Assembly: GCF_009914755.1 (NCBI RefSeq)
Contig: NC_060947.1
Origin: the human T2T-CHM13v2.0 reference genome, Homo sapiens
Strand: one strand, 5' to 3'
Length of the DNA stretch: 64,000 nt
The notes under the pieces were generated by a model. It saw only the letters and a list, made by a program, of their open reading frames with translations. It did no database searches and was not told where the DNA came from. A program made the position numbers and the translations under genes. Position 1 is the stretch's first letter; each line of letters begins with the position of its first letter. Shown here piece by piece: positions 27,731 through 39,600 of this stretch.

Positions 27731-30604
27731 ATGTCTCTGGTAAGCCAGAATTCGCGCCGCCGCCGCCGCCGCGTTGCAAAGGCTACTGCGCACAACAGCA
27801 GCTGGGGCGAAATGCAGGCCCCTAATGCCCCCGGTCTCCCCGCTGATGTGCCAGGCTCAGACGTCCCCCAGGGTCCCAGCGATTCCCAGATCCTCCAGGG
27901 CCTCTGCGCCTCTGAGGGCCCAAGCACCTCCGTTCTGCCCACCTCCGCTGAGGGCCCAAGCACCTTTGTGCCGCCCACCATCTCTGAGGCCTCAAGCGCC
28001 TCCGGGCAGCCCACCATCTCTGAGGGACCTGGCACCTCCGTGCTGCCCACCCCCAGTGAGGGCCTAAGCACCTCCGGGCCTCCCACCATCTCTAAGGGGC
28101 TGTGCACCTCTGTGACGCTTGCCGCCTCTGAGGGCCGGAACACCTCCAGGCCGCCCACTTCCTCTGAGGAACCTAGCACCTCCGTGCCGCCCACCGCCTC
28201 TGAGGTACCGAGCACCTCCCTGCCGCCCACCCCTGGTGAGGGAACGAGCACCTCCGTGCCGCCCACAGCCTATGAGGGACCAAGCACCTCCGTGGTGCCC
28301 ACCCCTGATGAGGGACCAAGCACCTCCGTGCTGCCTACACCTGGTGAGGGACCAGGCACCTCCGTGCCGCTCGCCGCCACTGAGGGCCTGAGCACCTCCG
28401 TGCAGGCCACTCCTGATGAGGGACCGAGCACCTCCGTGCCGCCCACCGCCACTGAGGGCCTAAGCACCCCCGTGCCACCCACCCGTGATGAGGGACCGAG
28501 CACCTCCGTGCCGGCCACTCCTGGTGAGGGACCGAGCACCTCCGTGCTGCCCGCCGCCTCTGACGGACAAAGCATCTCCTTGGTGCCCACCCGCGGTAAG
28601 GGATCAAGCACCTCCGTGCCCCCCACCGCCACCGAGGGCCTGAGCACCTCCGTGCAGCCCACTGCTGGTGAGGGATCGAGCACCTCCGTGCCGCCCACCC
28701 CTGGTGGGGGACTGAGCACCTCCGTGCCGCCCACCGCCACTGAGGAGTTGAGCACCTCCGTGCCGCCCACTCCCGGTGAGGGACCAAGCACTTCCGTACT
28801 GCCAATCCCCGGTGAGGGACTGAGCACCTCTGTGCCGCCCACCGCCTCTGATGGATCGGACACCTCCGTGCCGCCCACTCCTGGTGAGGGCGCAAGCACC
28901 TTAGTGCAGCCCACCGCCCCTGACGGACCGGGAAGCTCCGTGCTGCCTAACCCTGGTGAGGGCCCGAGCACATTGTTTAGCTCTAGTGCTTCTGTGGACC
29001 GGAACCCCTCCAAGTGTTCCCTTGTTTTGCCAAGCCCTAGGGTAACCAAGGCCTCCGTGGACTCAGATTCTGAGGGTCCTAAGGGTGCAGAAGGCCCTAT
29101 AGAATTCGAGGTCCTGAGAGACTGTGAGAGCCCCAACTCCATTAGTATTATGGGCCTCAATACTTCCCGGGTTGCAATTACCCTGAAGCCCCAAGACCCT
29201 ATGGAACAGAACGTAGCTGAGCTGTTGCAGTTCCTGCTGGTGAAGGATCAGAGCAAGTACCCTATCCGGGAGTCTGAAATGCGGGAATATATTGTTAAAG
29301 AATATCGCAACCAGTTTCCTGAGATACTCAGGCGAGCAGCAGCCCACCTGGAGTGCATTTTTAGGTTTGAATTGAGAGAACTTGACCCTGAGGCACACAC
29401 CTACATTCTGTTAAACAAACTGGGACCTGTGCCCTTTGAAGGGTTAGAAGAGAGCCCAAATGGGCCAAAGATGGGCCTCCTGATGATGATTCTAGGCCAA
29501 ATATTCCTGAATGGCAACCAAGCCAAGGAGGCTGAGATTTGGGAAATGCTCTGGAGGATGGGGGTGCAGCGGGAAAGGAGGCTTTCCATTTTTGGGAACC
29601 CAAAGAGACTTCTGTCTGTGGAGTTTGTATGGCAGCGTTACTTAGACTACAGGCCAGTAACTGACTGTAAACCAGTGGAGTATGAGTTTTTCTGGGGCCC
29701 AAGATCCCACCTAGAAACCACCAAGATGAAAATTCTGAAGTTCATGGCGAAAATATATAACAAAGATCCTATGGATTGGCCAGAGAAATACAACGAAGCT
29801 CTGGAAGAAGATGCTGCCAGAGCCTTTGCTGAGGGTTGGCAGGCTCTCCCTCACTTTAGGAGGCCCTTTTTTGAGGAAGCTGCTGCAGAGGTACCATCCC
29901 CTGATTCAGAGGTTTCCAGCTATTCCTCAAAATATGCCCCACATTCATGGCCTGAGTCAAGATTGGAGAGCAAGGCAAGGAAGCTGGTGCAGTTATTTCT
30001 GCTTATGGATTCAACTAAGCTGCCTATACCAAAGAAAGGAATTCTGTACTACATTGGCCGAGAGTGCAGCAAAGTGTTCCCTGACCTCCTGAATCGTGCT
30101 GCCCGCACCCTGAACCATGTCTATGGGACAGAACTAGTGGTACTTGATCCCAGGAATCACTCCTATACTCTGTACAACCGAAGGGAGATGGAAGAAACTG
30201 AGGAGATCGTAGACAGTCCAAACAGGCCTGGCAACAACTTTTTGATGCAGGTCCTAAGCTTCATCTTTATTATGGGCAACCATGCCAGGGAGTCTGCAGT
30301 CTGGGCCTTTCTGCGGGGCTTAGGGGTTCAAGCTGGGAGAAAGCATGTGATTACCTGCAGATACTTGAGTCAGCGCTATATAGACAGTTTACGGGTTCCT
30401 GACAGTGATCCAGTGCAATATGAGTTTGTATGGGGTCCTAGAGCCCGTTTGGAAACCTCTAAGATGAAAGCCTTGCGATATGTGGCCAGAATCCACAGAA
30501 AGGAACCACAGGACTGGCCACAGCAGTACAGGGAGGCAATGGAAGATGAGGCCAATAGAGCTGATGTTGGGCACAGGCAAATCTTTGTTCACAACTTCAG
30601 GTAG
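27731..30604 (+). CDS. MAGEE1: Melanoma-associated antigen E1 (type II MAGE), 957 aa, intronless
   Basis: accATG start, single ORF MSLVSQNSRRRRRRVAKATAHN…HRQIFVHNFR; two MAGE homology domains (~29201-29800 and ~29963-30538: LLQFLLVKDQSKYPI…YEFFWGPRSHLETTKMK; LVQLFLLMDSTKLPI…YEFVWGPRARLETSKMK). Confidence 0.97.
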   Translation: MSLVSQNSRRRRRRVAKATAHNSSWGEMQAPNAPGLPADVPGSDVPQGPSDSQILQGLCASEGPSTSVLPTSAEGPSTFVPPTISEASSASGQPTISEGPGTSVLPTPSEGLSTSGPPTISKGLCTSVTLAASEGRNTSRPPTSSEEPSTSVPPTASEVPSTSLPPTPGEGTSTSVPPTAYEGPSTSVVPTPDEGPSTSVLPTPGEGPGTSVPLAATEGLSTSVQATPDEGPSTSVPPTATEGLSTPVPPTRDEGPSTSVPATPGEGPSTSVLPAASDGQSISLVPTRGKGSSTSVPPTATEGLSTSVQPTAGEGSSTSVPPTPGGGLSTSVPPTATEELSTSVPPTPGEGPSTSVLPIPGEGLSTSVPPTASDGSDTSVPPTPGEGASTLVQPTAPDGPGSSVLPNPGEGPSTLFSSSASVDRNPSKCSLVLPSPRVTKASVDSDSEGPKGAEGPIEFEVLRDCESPNSISIMGLNTSRVAITLKPQDPMEQNVAELLQFLLVKDQSKYPIRESEMREYIVKEYRNQFPEILRRAAAHLECIFRFELRELDPEAHTYILLNKLGPVPFEGLEESPNGPKMGLLMMILGQIFLNGNQAKEAEIWEMLWRMGVQRERRLSIFGNPKRLLSVEFVWQRYLDYRPVTDCKPVEYEFFWGPRSHLETTKMKILKFMAKIYNKDPMDWPEKYNEALEEDAARAFAEGWQALPHFRRPFFEEAAAEVPSPDSEVSSYSSKYAPHSWPESRLESKARKLVQLFLLMDSTKLPIPKKGILYYIGRECSKVFPDLLNRAARTLNHVYGTELVVLDPRNHSYTLYNRREMEETEEIVDSPNRPGNNFLMQVLSFIFIMGNHARESAVWAFLRGLGVQAGRKHVITCRYLSQRYIDSLRVPDSDPVQYEFVWGPRARLETSKMKALRYVARIHRKEPQDWPQQYREAMEDEANRADVGHRQIFVHNFR
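27914..28993 (+). repeat. Coding minisatellite: 30 x 36 bp (12-aa EGPSTSVPPTxx)
   Basis: Counted 30 consecutive 12-aa units from gag at 27914 to the unit starting at 28958, with no indels. Confidence 0.95.
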
Positions 30605-31120
30605 AGGAATGCATGGCAGTCAGAGGGGCCTTGCAAGGAGGGGCCTTTGAGCCTCAGTTCTCATGTATTGGGGGGTGGGGGTGGGTACATATTGTATTTG
30701 GTATTTGTGTTCCAGTTATATTTATGTCTTTTCATATTTAGTTCTGGTGTGGTGTCTGGAAATGTTTCAACTGTTTTAATATATTGTCTGATTGGGTAAA
30801 TGTGATTGACCACTTGCTGTCTCTGTTGTATTTTGGTATGAGTTTTGATAGCTCTATAAAATGTTTTGGAAATCTTTCCATCTTGTTGCATTATCTAGAA
30901 AAGAATATAGCATATAGCTATAGATATAGGCTTTTCCTTGAAAGCTTGAAAAAAATTCGCCAGTAAAATAATCTAGCTTAAAGTGATAAACTAACAAACA
31001 AATATAACAACAACTGAAAAGGCACTCTAAATTGTGGCTGGCTTCCCTTTCTGTCTGCTATTGTATGAAGAATACTGATGTTTACCTGTATTTGCTTTGC
31101 TGTACTAAAATGTAATGAAA

Positions 31121-31137
31121 AATAAAAGATTAATAAA
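31121..31137 (+). terminator. Tandem AATAAA polyadenylation signals of MAGEE1
   Basis: AATAAA at 31121 and 31132, ~520 nt after the stop; upstream TGTA elements at 31087, 31101, 31111. Confidence 0.8.
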
Positions 31138-31370
31138 TGAAACATAATGCTAATACACTGACTTATTCAACTGCTTTCATACAGTGAGCACAGTGGTGTG
31201 CCCTAGTTATAGAAGTATAAAAGTTTACAAGATATAGTACCTGCCCAAGAATTCAGAGGCTGGATAGGGTACAGGGGGAGGTCATTTAAATCACCAATTT
31301 ATTATGGTGTACTATGTGCTACAATAGAAAAATAGAGAGTGCTATGGTAGTTAAAAAGAGGCACAACTGA

Positions 31371-31742
<372 letters not shown>

Positions 31743-31893
31743 AAGATGGGGTCCCTAATACAATCATGAATTAAACTGATTCAAGGCTGGATTTCAGTCT
31801 TTATGTGTGCTGGTAGGAAAAAAAGTCAAAGATGTAAGGCCAGAGAGCAGGATATATTGTGTCATCAATGGTTTCAATAAGATACATGAGCCA

Positions 31894-32295
31894 GCTTTCT
31901 CTAAGTTATGCTGTGGGTTTTTAAAAAATACCCAAATCTCAGAGGCTTACAACAACAAAATTTTGGGCTCATTTTACATCCCTTTCATGGGCTGTCTGTG
32001 ATTCTGTTTATATTGTCTTCCTTCAGGTAACCAGGCTAAAGGAGTAAATCATATATGGGACACCTGTTCTTGTGGCAGAAGTAAAAGAGCCATAGTGGAA
32101 CCATGTGATAGTTTTCAAAGCCTATGCTCATATATGGCATATTGTAGTCATAATCCATTGGCAAAAGCAAGTCACATGGGCAAGCTTGATGTCAATGAGC
32201 TGGGAAGTGTACTCCTTCTACAGGGAAGAACATATAGGAATGGGCCCAGTAGAGAGGAAGAACATATATTTTTGAATAAAAAATTAGTCTACCAT
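31894..32295. mobile_element. MaLR LTR remnant (MLT1J/K-like)
   Basis: taagttatgctgt…aaatctcagaggcttacaac…ccattggcaaaagcaagtcacatgg. Confidence 0.6.
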
Positions 32296-32599
32296 ATAAG
32301 AATTTGGCTTTAGTTGTGAGTGAGATGGAAAACTATTTAAGGCTTTTGATCTGAGCGATGGCAGGAAACCACTTAGTTTTGACAGGATTCTTTTGGCTCT
32401 CATATTGAAAAACTAAAGGGGGTGGGGAGGGCAGAAACTCTAATTTTAGCATAGTAATTTCTTCTTAATGTACCTATGAAAAGAGGTGTTATTTTCTGAA
32501 CAAAATCAAATTTAAAGAAATTGAAGTCAGAAAGCCTGTTATCTTTTAAAAAACACCTTGGAAATCAAACTCCATGGTATCAAGGTTAAAAGGCATTAG

Positions 32600-32830
32600 A
32601 ACATAGTAGTAAGAGCATGTAGTCTAGAGTCAAAGTGCCTGGGTACAAACCCTGGCTCTCTCTGATACTAGAGATGAGAACTCAGGCAAGTTACTTAACT
32701 CCTTTGTGCCTCCATTTTTTCATCTGTAAAATGGGCATAATAATTTCACCTACGCCATAATGTTGGGGATTAAATGTGTTAACATGTAAAACACAAGAGC
32801 ACTTGACATGTAGTTAGCAATATATAAGTG
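32600..32830 (+). mobile_element. MIR SINE
   Basis: Core ggcaagttacttaactcctttgtgcctccatttttcatctgtaaaatggg. Confidence 0.85.
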
Positions 32831-32849
32831 ATATTGTTGCATGTTGATT

Positions 32850-33290
32850 TTTTCCAGGAATGAGACTGTGAGTGATTTCCTTGCAGAAATTTTACTGGGG
32901 AGTTGTTTTGGGTTCAACAGGTGTGGGGAGCAAGAGAAGCAGAATTGTGTAGAAAGAGAAGTCGAGCAGTGATTCAGTCACAGCAAATAAATTAACTGAT
33001 TCCACAGGGAGCTCTGGAGTTGGTGTGGTCCTGCAGAGTTGTCCCAAATTAGGAAAAAGAGGCCAAAGTTTTATCCCACCATACTCACCAGTCGTTGGAT
33101 GCAAACTGCCTCCTGGTAAGGGGCTATGACTTTTTGAGAGTCAGTTCTTTTCAGCTGAGAGTAATCCCTGAGAAAGGTACTCAGCTGTAAACACAGCAGC
33201 TGTCATCACCCTCAAGAGCTGGAGGAATGAGTAATGTGATCCTGAAGAGTAGGAGCATCTGGGTGATACATCACAATCTCCACTACAGTT
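32850..33290 (-). mobile_element. ERVL LTR remnant (LTR16/LTR33-like)
   Basis: tccacagggagctctggagttgg…cagagttgtcccaaat pattern. Confidence 0.55.
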
Positions 33291-35049
33291 GTTGCTGTTT
33301 TTATTGGTTTCCTTCCCCTCCCCTCCTACTCTTTAATAATAATTCTTCCTCTTCTTCTTCTTTCTCTTCTTCATCATCCTCATCTCTTTCCCCTTTCCTC
33401 TTCCCACCTTCTCCTCCTTGTTATTATCACTATTACTATTGTTATAATCTAAAAGAATTACATATCTTCTTATATCATTACTAATATTTTTTTAAAAAAA
33501 TCTGTAAAGATTACATATATTCTTATTGTTCTGCCTGGGATATAACACCCACATCACTGAATCGTTTTACTCTTCGCACAACCTTCCTGAGAGAGAGGCT
33601 CTGATAATAGAGCTTCATTTACTTCTTAAGTTCTGTATTAGTTCTCTATTCTTTTCATGTTTCTTAGTAGACTTGTGTGTTATCCAATTGTTGCCAGAAG
33701 ATGTTACCTAAGCAAGTTTCTTGGTTGTTTGTCATTTAAATATTGCGAACTATTTTTCTCTCAGATAAACTTGACCAACATGCACAAACATTCAGAATAT
33801 CCCACTAAAGACAACCAAGGAAGAAAATACGTTTTTTTTCATGCATTTCTCTCAAAAGTAACCATTTTGGTCTCAGAAAATGTCTGATTAAATGTCTTTG
33901 TTCAAATGCACCTGTTAGATTAGGATGCAAGCTTTTGTTTCAAGATTCCATGTGTTCAGTGGAGGGTCGTGCTCTCATGATTACATGAATGTGTACTATT
34001 TTTTAAAAAAGGATCTTGTCATTCTGCGTTAAGGTAATGATCATTGACTTGTGTCAAACCCTGCAAAGAGCTACAGTCAATGTGACTGACTAATTGCTGT
34101 ACTCATCTGTGGTGGAATGGAAAAGCTTCTAAACTTCACAGGAGAAGTCTCTTCTCTTTATGTAGAGAGAAATCATGGGTGGGACTCTGGTGATTGTCTT
34201 CACATTGTTATTCAATCTTGCCAATGAATGGTTCTGTAAGATTTCCCCTTTTGCCTAAGAAGTTATGTAGCCACTTAATCTAATCTAAGTAACTGCTAAA
34301 GTTCTCTAGGTTATCCACATATCTCAGATGATGACTCATCAAAATTGATTAAAAACAATTATTTCCCCAAAATTGAATTTGAGATACAGCCTTAAAAATT
34401 GGTAGATTGAACAGAAAGGATGATTATGGAAATTCACAACTGTGATCCTTTGTTGGTAGAGTGGATAGCGGAAAAGCAGTCATTTTGAGATGAATGTGGG
34501 GTTTGATTGTTTTGTTTTGTTTTGTTTTTTGATGAGTGAGATAACTTTGCTCTGTCTTCCTGGATTAGACTATTTCAAGTAGTAACAGTGATAGAAATCA
34601 GGTAGGTAAATGGAAGTCATCATATTTTGATGAAAATATGTGAGGCAGTAAAATACCCAGTTCTCAGATAATCATATAAAGTGTAAAAACTACTTTAAAA
34701 GGCTAACAAGAAGAAAAACACAGTAGCTAAAGTATGAAAGGAAGGAAATTAGAAAATGCCAAGGTTTTTTTTCAGTGCATTTGCTAAAATTGAAGAAGAG
34801 TTATTGTTTCTACTGCTTTCTTTCTTGGAAATGTTATTATTAACATTCAATGTTTAACTGAAATTATCTTCTAAGTGTGCTCAGATTTAAAAGATTACTT
34901 TTGCTGGCAGAAATCAGAAGAATATCCTTTCCAGCAGAAGCCAAACTCCTTGAAAGAATGTTTATTTTTGATATCTCCTATTTCTCTTCTACTATTTATT
35001 TCTGAACTCAACACAATTAGGTTTTTCTTACACCAATCAACTGCAGCTG

Positions 35050-36190
35050 CTTCTCTCAATATGTACAGTGACCTATATAAAAATTGATAAATCCACTGAT
35101 CTTTTCTCAGACATTATCTTCATCAGTGGATTTTGACATAGTTAATTTATTTTTTCCTCTTCAAAACATTTTGAACATGTGAGATACTCTTCTGGTTTTC
35201 CTCCTGCCTTTCTTCCTACTGCTTTCTCACCTCCTTTACAGGTTCCTCGTCTCCTAGAATTCTAAGAATGCTCCGGGATAATAAGTCCTTGAACTTATTC
35301 ACTTTTTTTTATGTTTATATGCTCTCCTTAATCTCACCCATTTATTTCTTATATTTAAAAAATATTCTATATGCTGGAGAGCCCAGAATTTGTAACTCAA
35401 GCCTCAGGGTATGTACCCCTATTGTGAATTCCTCTCACATTCAATTATTTTCTCAGGTTTTCCACTTGGATGTCCAGTATGCACTAAATTCTAACATGCC
35501 CAAATCTGAGCTCCTGGTATTTATTTACAAACCTGTTCCTTCTACAGATTTTCTCACCTTAATCAATGGCCAGTTCATTCTTACAATTGCTCAGCATAAA
35601 AGGTTGGGCACGTACTTGACTGTTTTTTTTTTTTTTTCATTTTCTGGATATTAGAAAAAATTTAATATGTCAACAAATTCTGATAGCTCTGCTCCCAAAA
35701 TAAGTTCAGAAACTAATATCTTGTCAACTCCAGCATTACTACTATGATTGTATCTCACCTATACTATTGCAGTGGGGTTAGAATTTGTCCTTCTACTTCT
35801 GACCTAGTATATTTTCTTAGCACAGTAGCCAGAGGAATTCTGTAAGAATCCATTTAACTTGTAGGTGTGACTTATTTTGCTTATAGTATACACCTGAGTG
35901 ATATGATCTAGCCTGCAATTTCTTTTCTAACTTTATTTCTTATTATGCTCTCCGCTACTGTTATACAATTTGTTTTTTGAGCAGGTCTGACAAGCTACTA
36001 CCTCAGGGTTTTTAAACTTTCTGTTCTCATTGCTTGGAATGCCTCAAATAAATGCATTACTTATTCATGTCTTTTATGTTTTTGCTAAAAATACACTACT
36101 TAGTAAGTACACTGTATCCAAAATTAACTATATAACCTTCCTTCTTGCTTTACTTTTTCTAGCACATATCATTATCAATAATCTATTTTA
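35050..36190 (+). mobile_element. L2 remnant
   Basis: tccacttggatgtcc…aacatgcccaaatctgagctcctg L2-like blocks. Confidence 0.6.
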
Positions 36191-36527
36191 AAGAATCAAT
36201 TTTTGCCTTTGCCGATATTTTGCAAGCTACTTCATTAACTTCTGCTAAGTATTATTTCCGTCTTTCCACTTTATATGGTTTCACCTTGATTTTTTCTACC
36301 TTCTGTAGATTAAGGCTTGGATGACAGATTTTCAACCTATCTTTGTTTACAATATGTGCATTTAAAGATAGAAATTTCTTTCTCTCACTGCTTCTTGTAC
36401 CATCCCATAAAATATTTTGTCTCTTTACTTATCCATCTTAACATTTATTCTCATGAATATAAACTACGAATATAAACTTATGTATGAATAAAAACACATA
36501 AAATTATCTATATATTACTTCTATATG

Positions 36528-36566
<39 letters not shown>
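36528..36566. repeat. (TA)n(CA)n compound microsatellite
   Basis: Visible. Confidence 0.95.
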
Positions 36567-36619
36567 AGTATTTCAATGGGAAAATATACTCCTGATACTG
36601 AATTGCAAAGGCATCTGTT

Positions 36620-39600
36620 CTTTTTCACTGATACATAATATTTGTACATACTTATGGGATGCATATGGTATTTTGTTACATACATAGGATGTATAATGAT
36701 CAAGTCAGGATATTTAGGATATCCATTACAACAATCATTTATTATTTCTATGTGTTGAGAACATTTCAAGTTCTCACATCTAGCTACATTGGAATATACA
36801 ATATATTGTTGTTAATCACAGTCACACTACTTTACTATTGAACATTAGAACTTCGTCCTTCTATCCAAATGTATGTTTGTACCCATTAACCGACATCTGT
36901 TCACTCCCTCACACACACCCCCACATCTTTCCCAACCTCCGTTAAATATCATTCTACTCTCTACCTCCATGAGATCACCTTTTAAAACTCCCACATATGA
37001 GTACATGAGATATCTGTATTTCTGTGTCTGGCTTATTTCACTTAACATAATCACCTTTATTTTCATCCAATTGCTACAAAGGATATTTTTAAATTTTTTT
37101 GTGGCCAAATAGCATTCCATTGTGCAAATATACATTTTTTTCATACATTCATCCATTGAAGGACACTTAGTTTTATTCCATACCATTGCTGTTGTGAATA
37201 CTGCTGAAATAAACACGGAGGTGCAATAAACATGAGTCCCTTTGATATATTTATTTCCTTTCCTTTGGATAAACACCCAGTAGTGAAATGGGTGGATCCT
37301 ATGGCAGTTCTATTTTTAGTTGTTTTTTTTTTTGAGAAATCTCCATACCATTTTTTATAATGACTATACTAATTTACATTCCCAGAGTGTGTAAGAGTTC
37401 CATTTTCTCTGCATCTTCCCCAGCATCTGTTATTTTTTGTCTCTTTGATAATAGCAATTCCAACTGGGGGAAGGTGATATCTCACTGTGGTTTTCATATG
37501 CACCCCTTCATGATTAGTGATGTTGAGCATTTTTTACATACTGTTTGGCTATTTGCATGTATGTTTAAATAATGTCTATTTAGATCCTTTGCCCACTTTC
37601 CAATAGGATAGATTGTTTTTGATTTTTGAGTTGTTTGAATTCCTTGTATATTCTGGACATTAGTCCCTTGTCAGATGAATATTTTGGAAATATGTTCTCC
37701 TATTCAGCAGGTTATTTCTTCACTTTGCTGATTGTTTCCTTTGCTGTGCAGAAGATTTTTAGCTTAATATTTTTCCAGTTGTCTATTTTTTATTTGGTTA
37801 TCTGTGCTTTTGGGGTCTTAGCCATCAACTCTTTGCATAGAACAATATCCTAGTGGGTTTCTCCTATATTTTCTTATAATAGTTTTATAGTTTTGAATCT
37901 TACATTTAAGTCTTCAATTCATATTGAGTTAATTTTTTATAAGGTAAGAGATCAGGGTCCTTTCATTCTTCTGCATATGAATATCCTATTTTTCCAGAAC
38001 GGCTTATTGAAGAGGGTATACTTCCCTCTTCCCAAGGGGGAAGTATTGGGTACTCCTCTTAAAGTATATTCTTGGTGCCTTTGTCAAAAATCAGTTGTCT
38101 ATAAACACATGGAATTATTTTTGGGTTACGTATACTCTTTCATTGGTCTATGTGTCTGCTTTAATCCTAATACCATGCTGATTTGGTTACTATAGACTTA
38201 TATTTTGAAGTCAGGTAGTGTGATGCCTTCAGCTTTGCTTTGTTCAGGGTTGCTTTGGTTATTCAGGCTCTTTCTTGGTTCCATACAAATTTTAGGATTT
38301 TTTTTCTATATTTGTAAGAAATGTCACTGGTATTTTGATAGGGATTGCATTAAATCTGTACATTCCTTTAGGTAGTATGGTAATCTTAACAATATCAATT
38401 CTTCTGATTTATGAGCATGGGGTGTTCTATATTTTGGATGTTTGTCTCCTCCATATCTCATGTTGAAATTTAATCCTCAATATTGGAGACGGGCCTAATG
38501 GAAAGTGTTTTGATCATGAAGGTGGATCTCTTATGAATAGATTAATGGTCTCCCAGGAGAGGGAGTGTGAGTTTTCACCCTATTAGTTCCTGAGAGAGCT
38601 GGTTGTTAAAAAAAACATGGCACCTTCCCCCTCTCTCATGCTTCCTTTCATGCCATGTGATATCTACACAAGCCAGCTCTCCTTCTCTTTCCCCTTTCTC
38701 CATGAATGGAAGCATCTCAAGGCCCTCAGCTGATGCAGATACTAGTGGCATGCTTCTTGTAAAGCCTATAGAACCATGAGCCAAATAAATCTTTTCTCTT
38801 TTTAACTTGCACAGACTCAGGTGTTTCTTTATGGAAACACAAACAAACTAAAACAAGATGTCCTTCTATTTGCTTGTGACCTTGTCAATTTCTTTCTTCA
38901 GTGTTTTGCAGTTTTCCTTGTAGAGATCTTTCCCCTTCTTAGTTAAATTTATTCCTAGGAATTTTATTTTTTTATAGATTTTGTAAATTGGATGCTTTCC
39001 AATTTATTTTTCAGCTAGCTCATTACTGGTATGTAGAATAGCTACTGATTTTATATGTTGATTTTGTATTCTCCAACTTTATTGAACTTGCTTATCAGAT
39101 CAGATCTAAGAGGTTTTTTTTTTGATGGAGCCTTTAGGTTTTGCTAAATATGAGATCATGTCATGTGCAAAGAGAGATTATTTGACTTCCTCTTTTTCAA
39201 TTTGGATGCCTTTTATGTCTTTCCATAGCCTAGTTGCTCTCACTAAGACTTCTAGAACTATGTTGAATAAGACTAATGACAATGGGGTGGGCATCTTTGT
39301 CTAGTTTCAGTTCTTAGAGGAAAGGTCTTCAGCTTTTCCCTGTTCAGTATTATGTTAGCTGTGGGTTTGTCATATATGACCTTTATTATGTTAAGGTATG
39401 TTCATTCTATGCCTCATTTGTTTAGCACTTATTATCATGAAGGGATATTAAATTTCATCAAAGAACTTATCTGCATCTATTGAGATGACCATACATTTTT
39501 AATCCTTCATTCTGTTGATTTGATGCATCATGTTTATTGTGTTCTATATGTAGAACCATCCTTGCATCCCTGGGATAAATCCCACTTGTTTGTGGTGTAT

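Noticed and set aside
27347-27793. 148-aa antisense ORF over the MAGEE1 promoter
   Set aside because: Expected by chance in a GC-rich island; no recognisable domain
27914-28993. Regular 36-bp periodicity resembling a CRISPR array
   Set aside because: Contiguous coding tandem repeat with no unique spacers, in eukaryotic DNA
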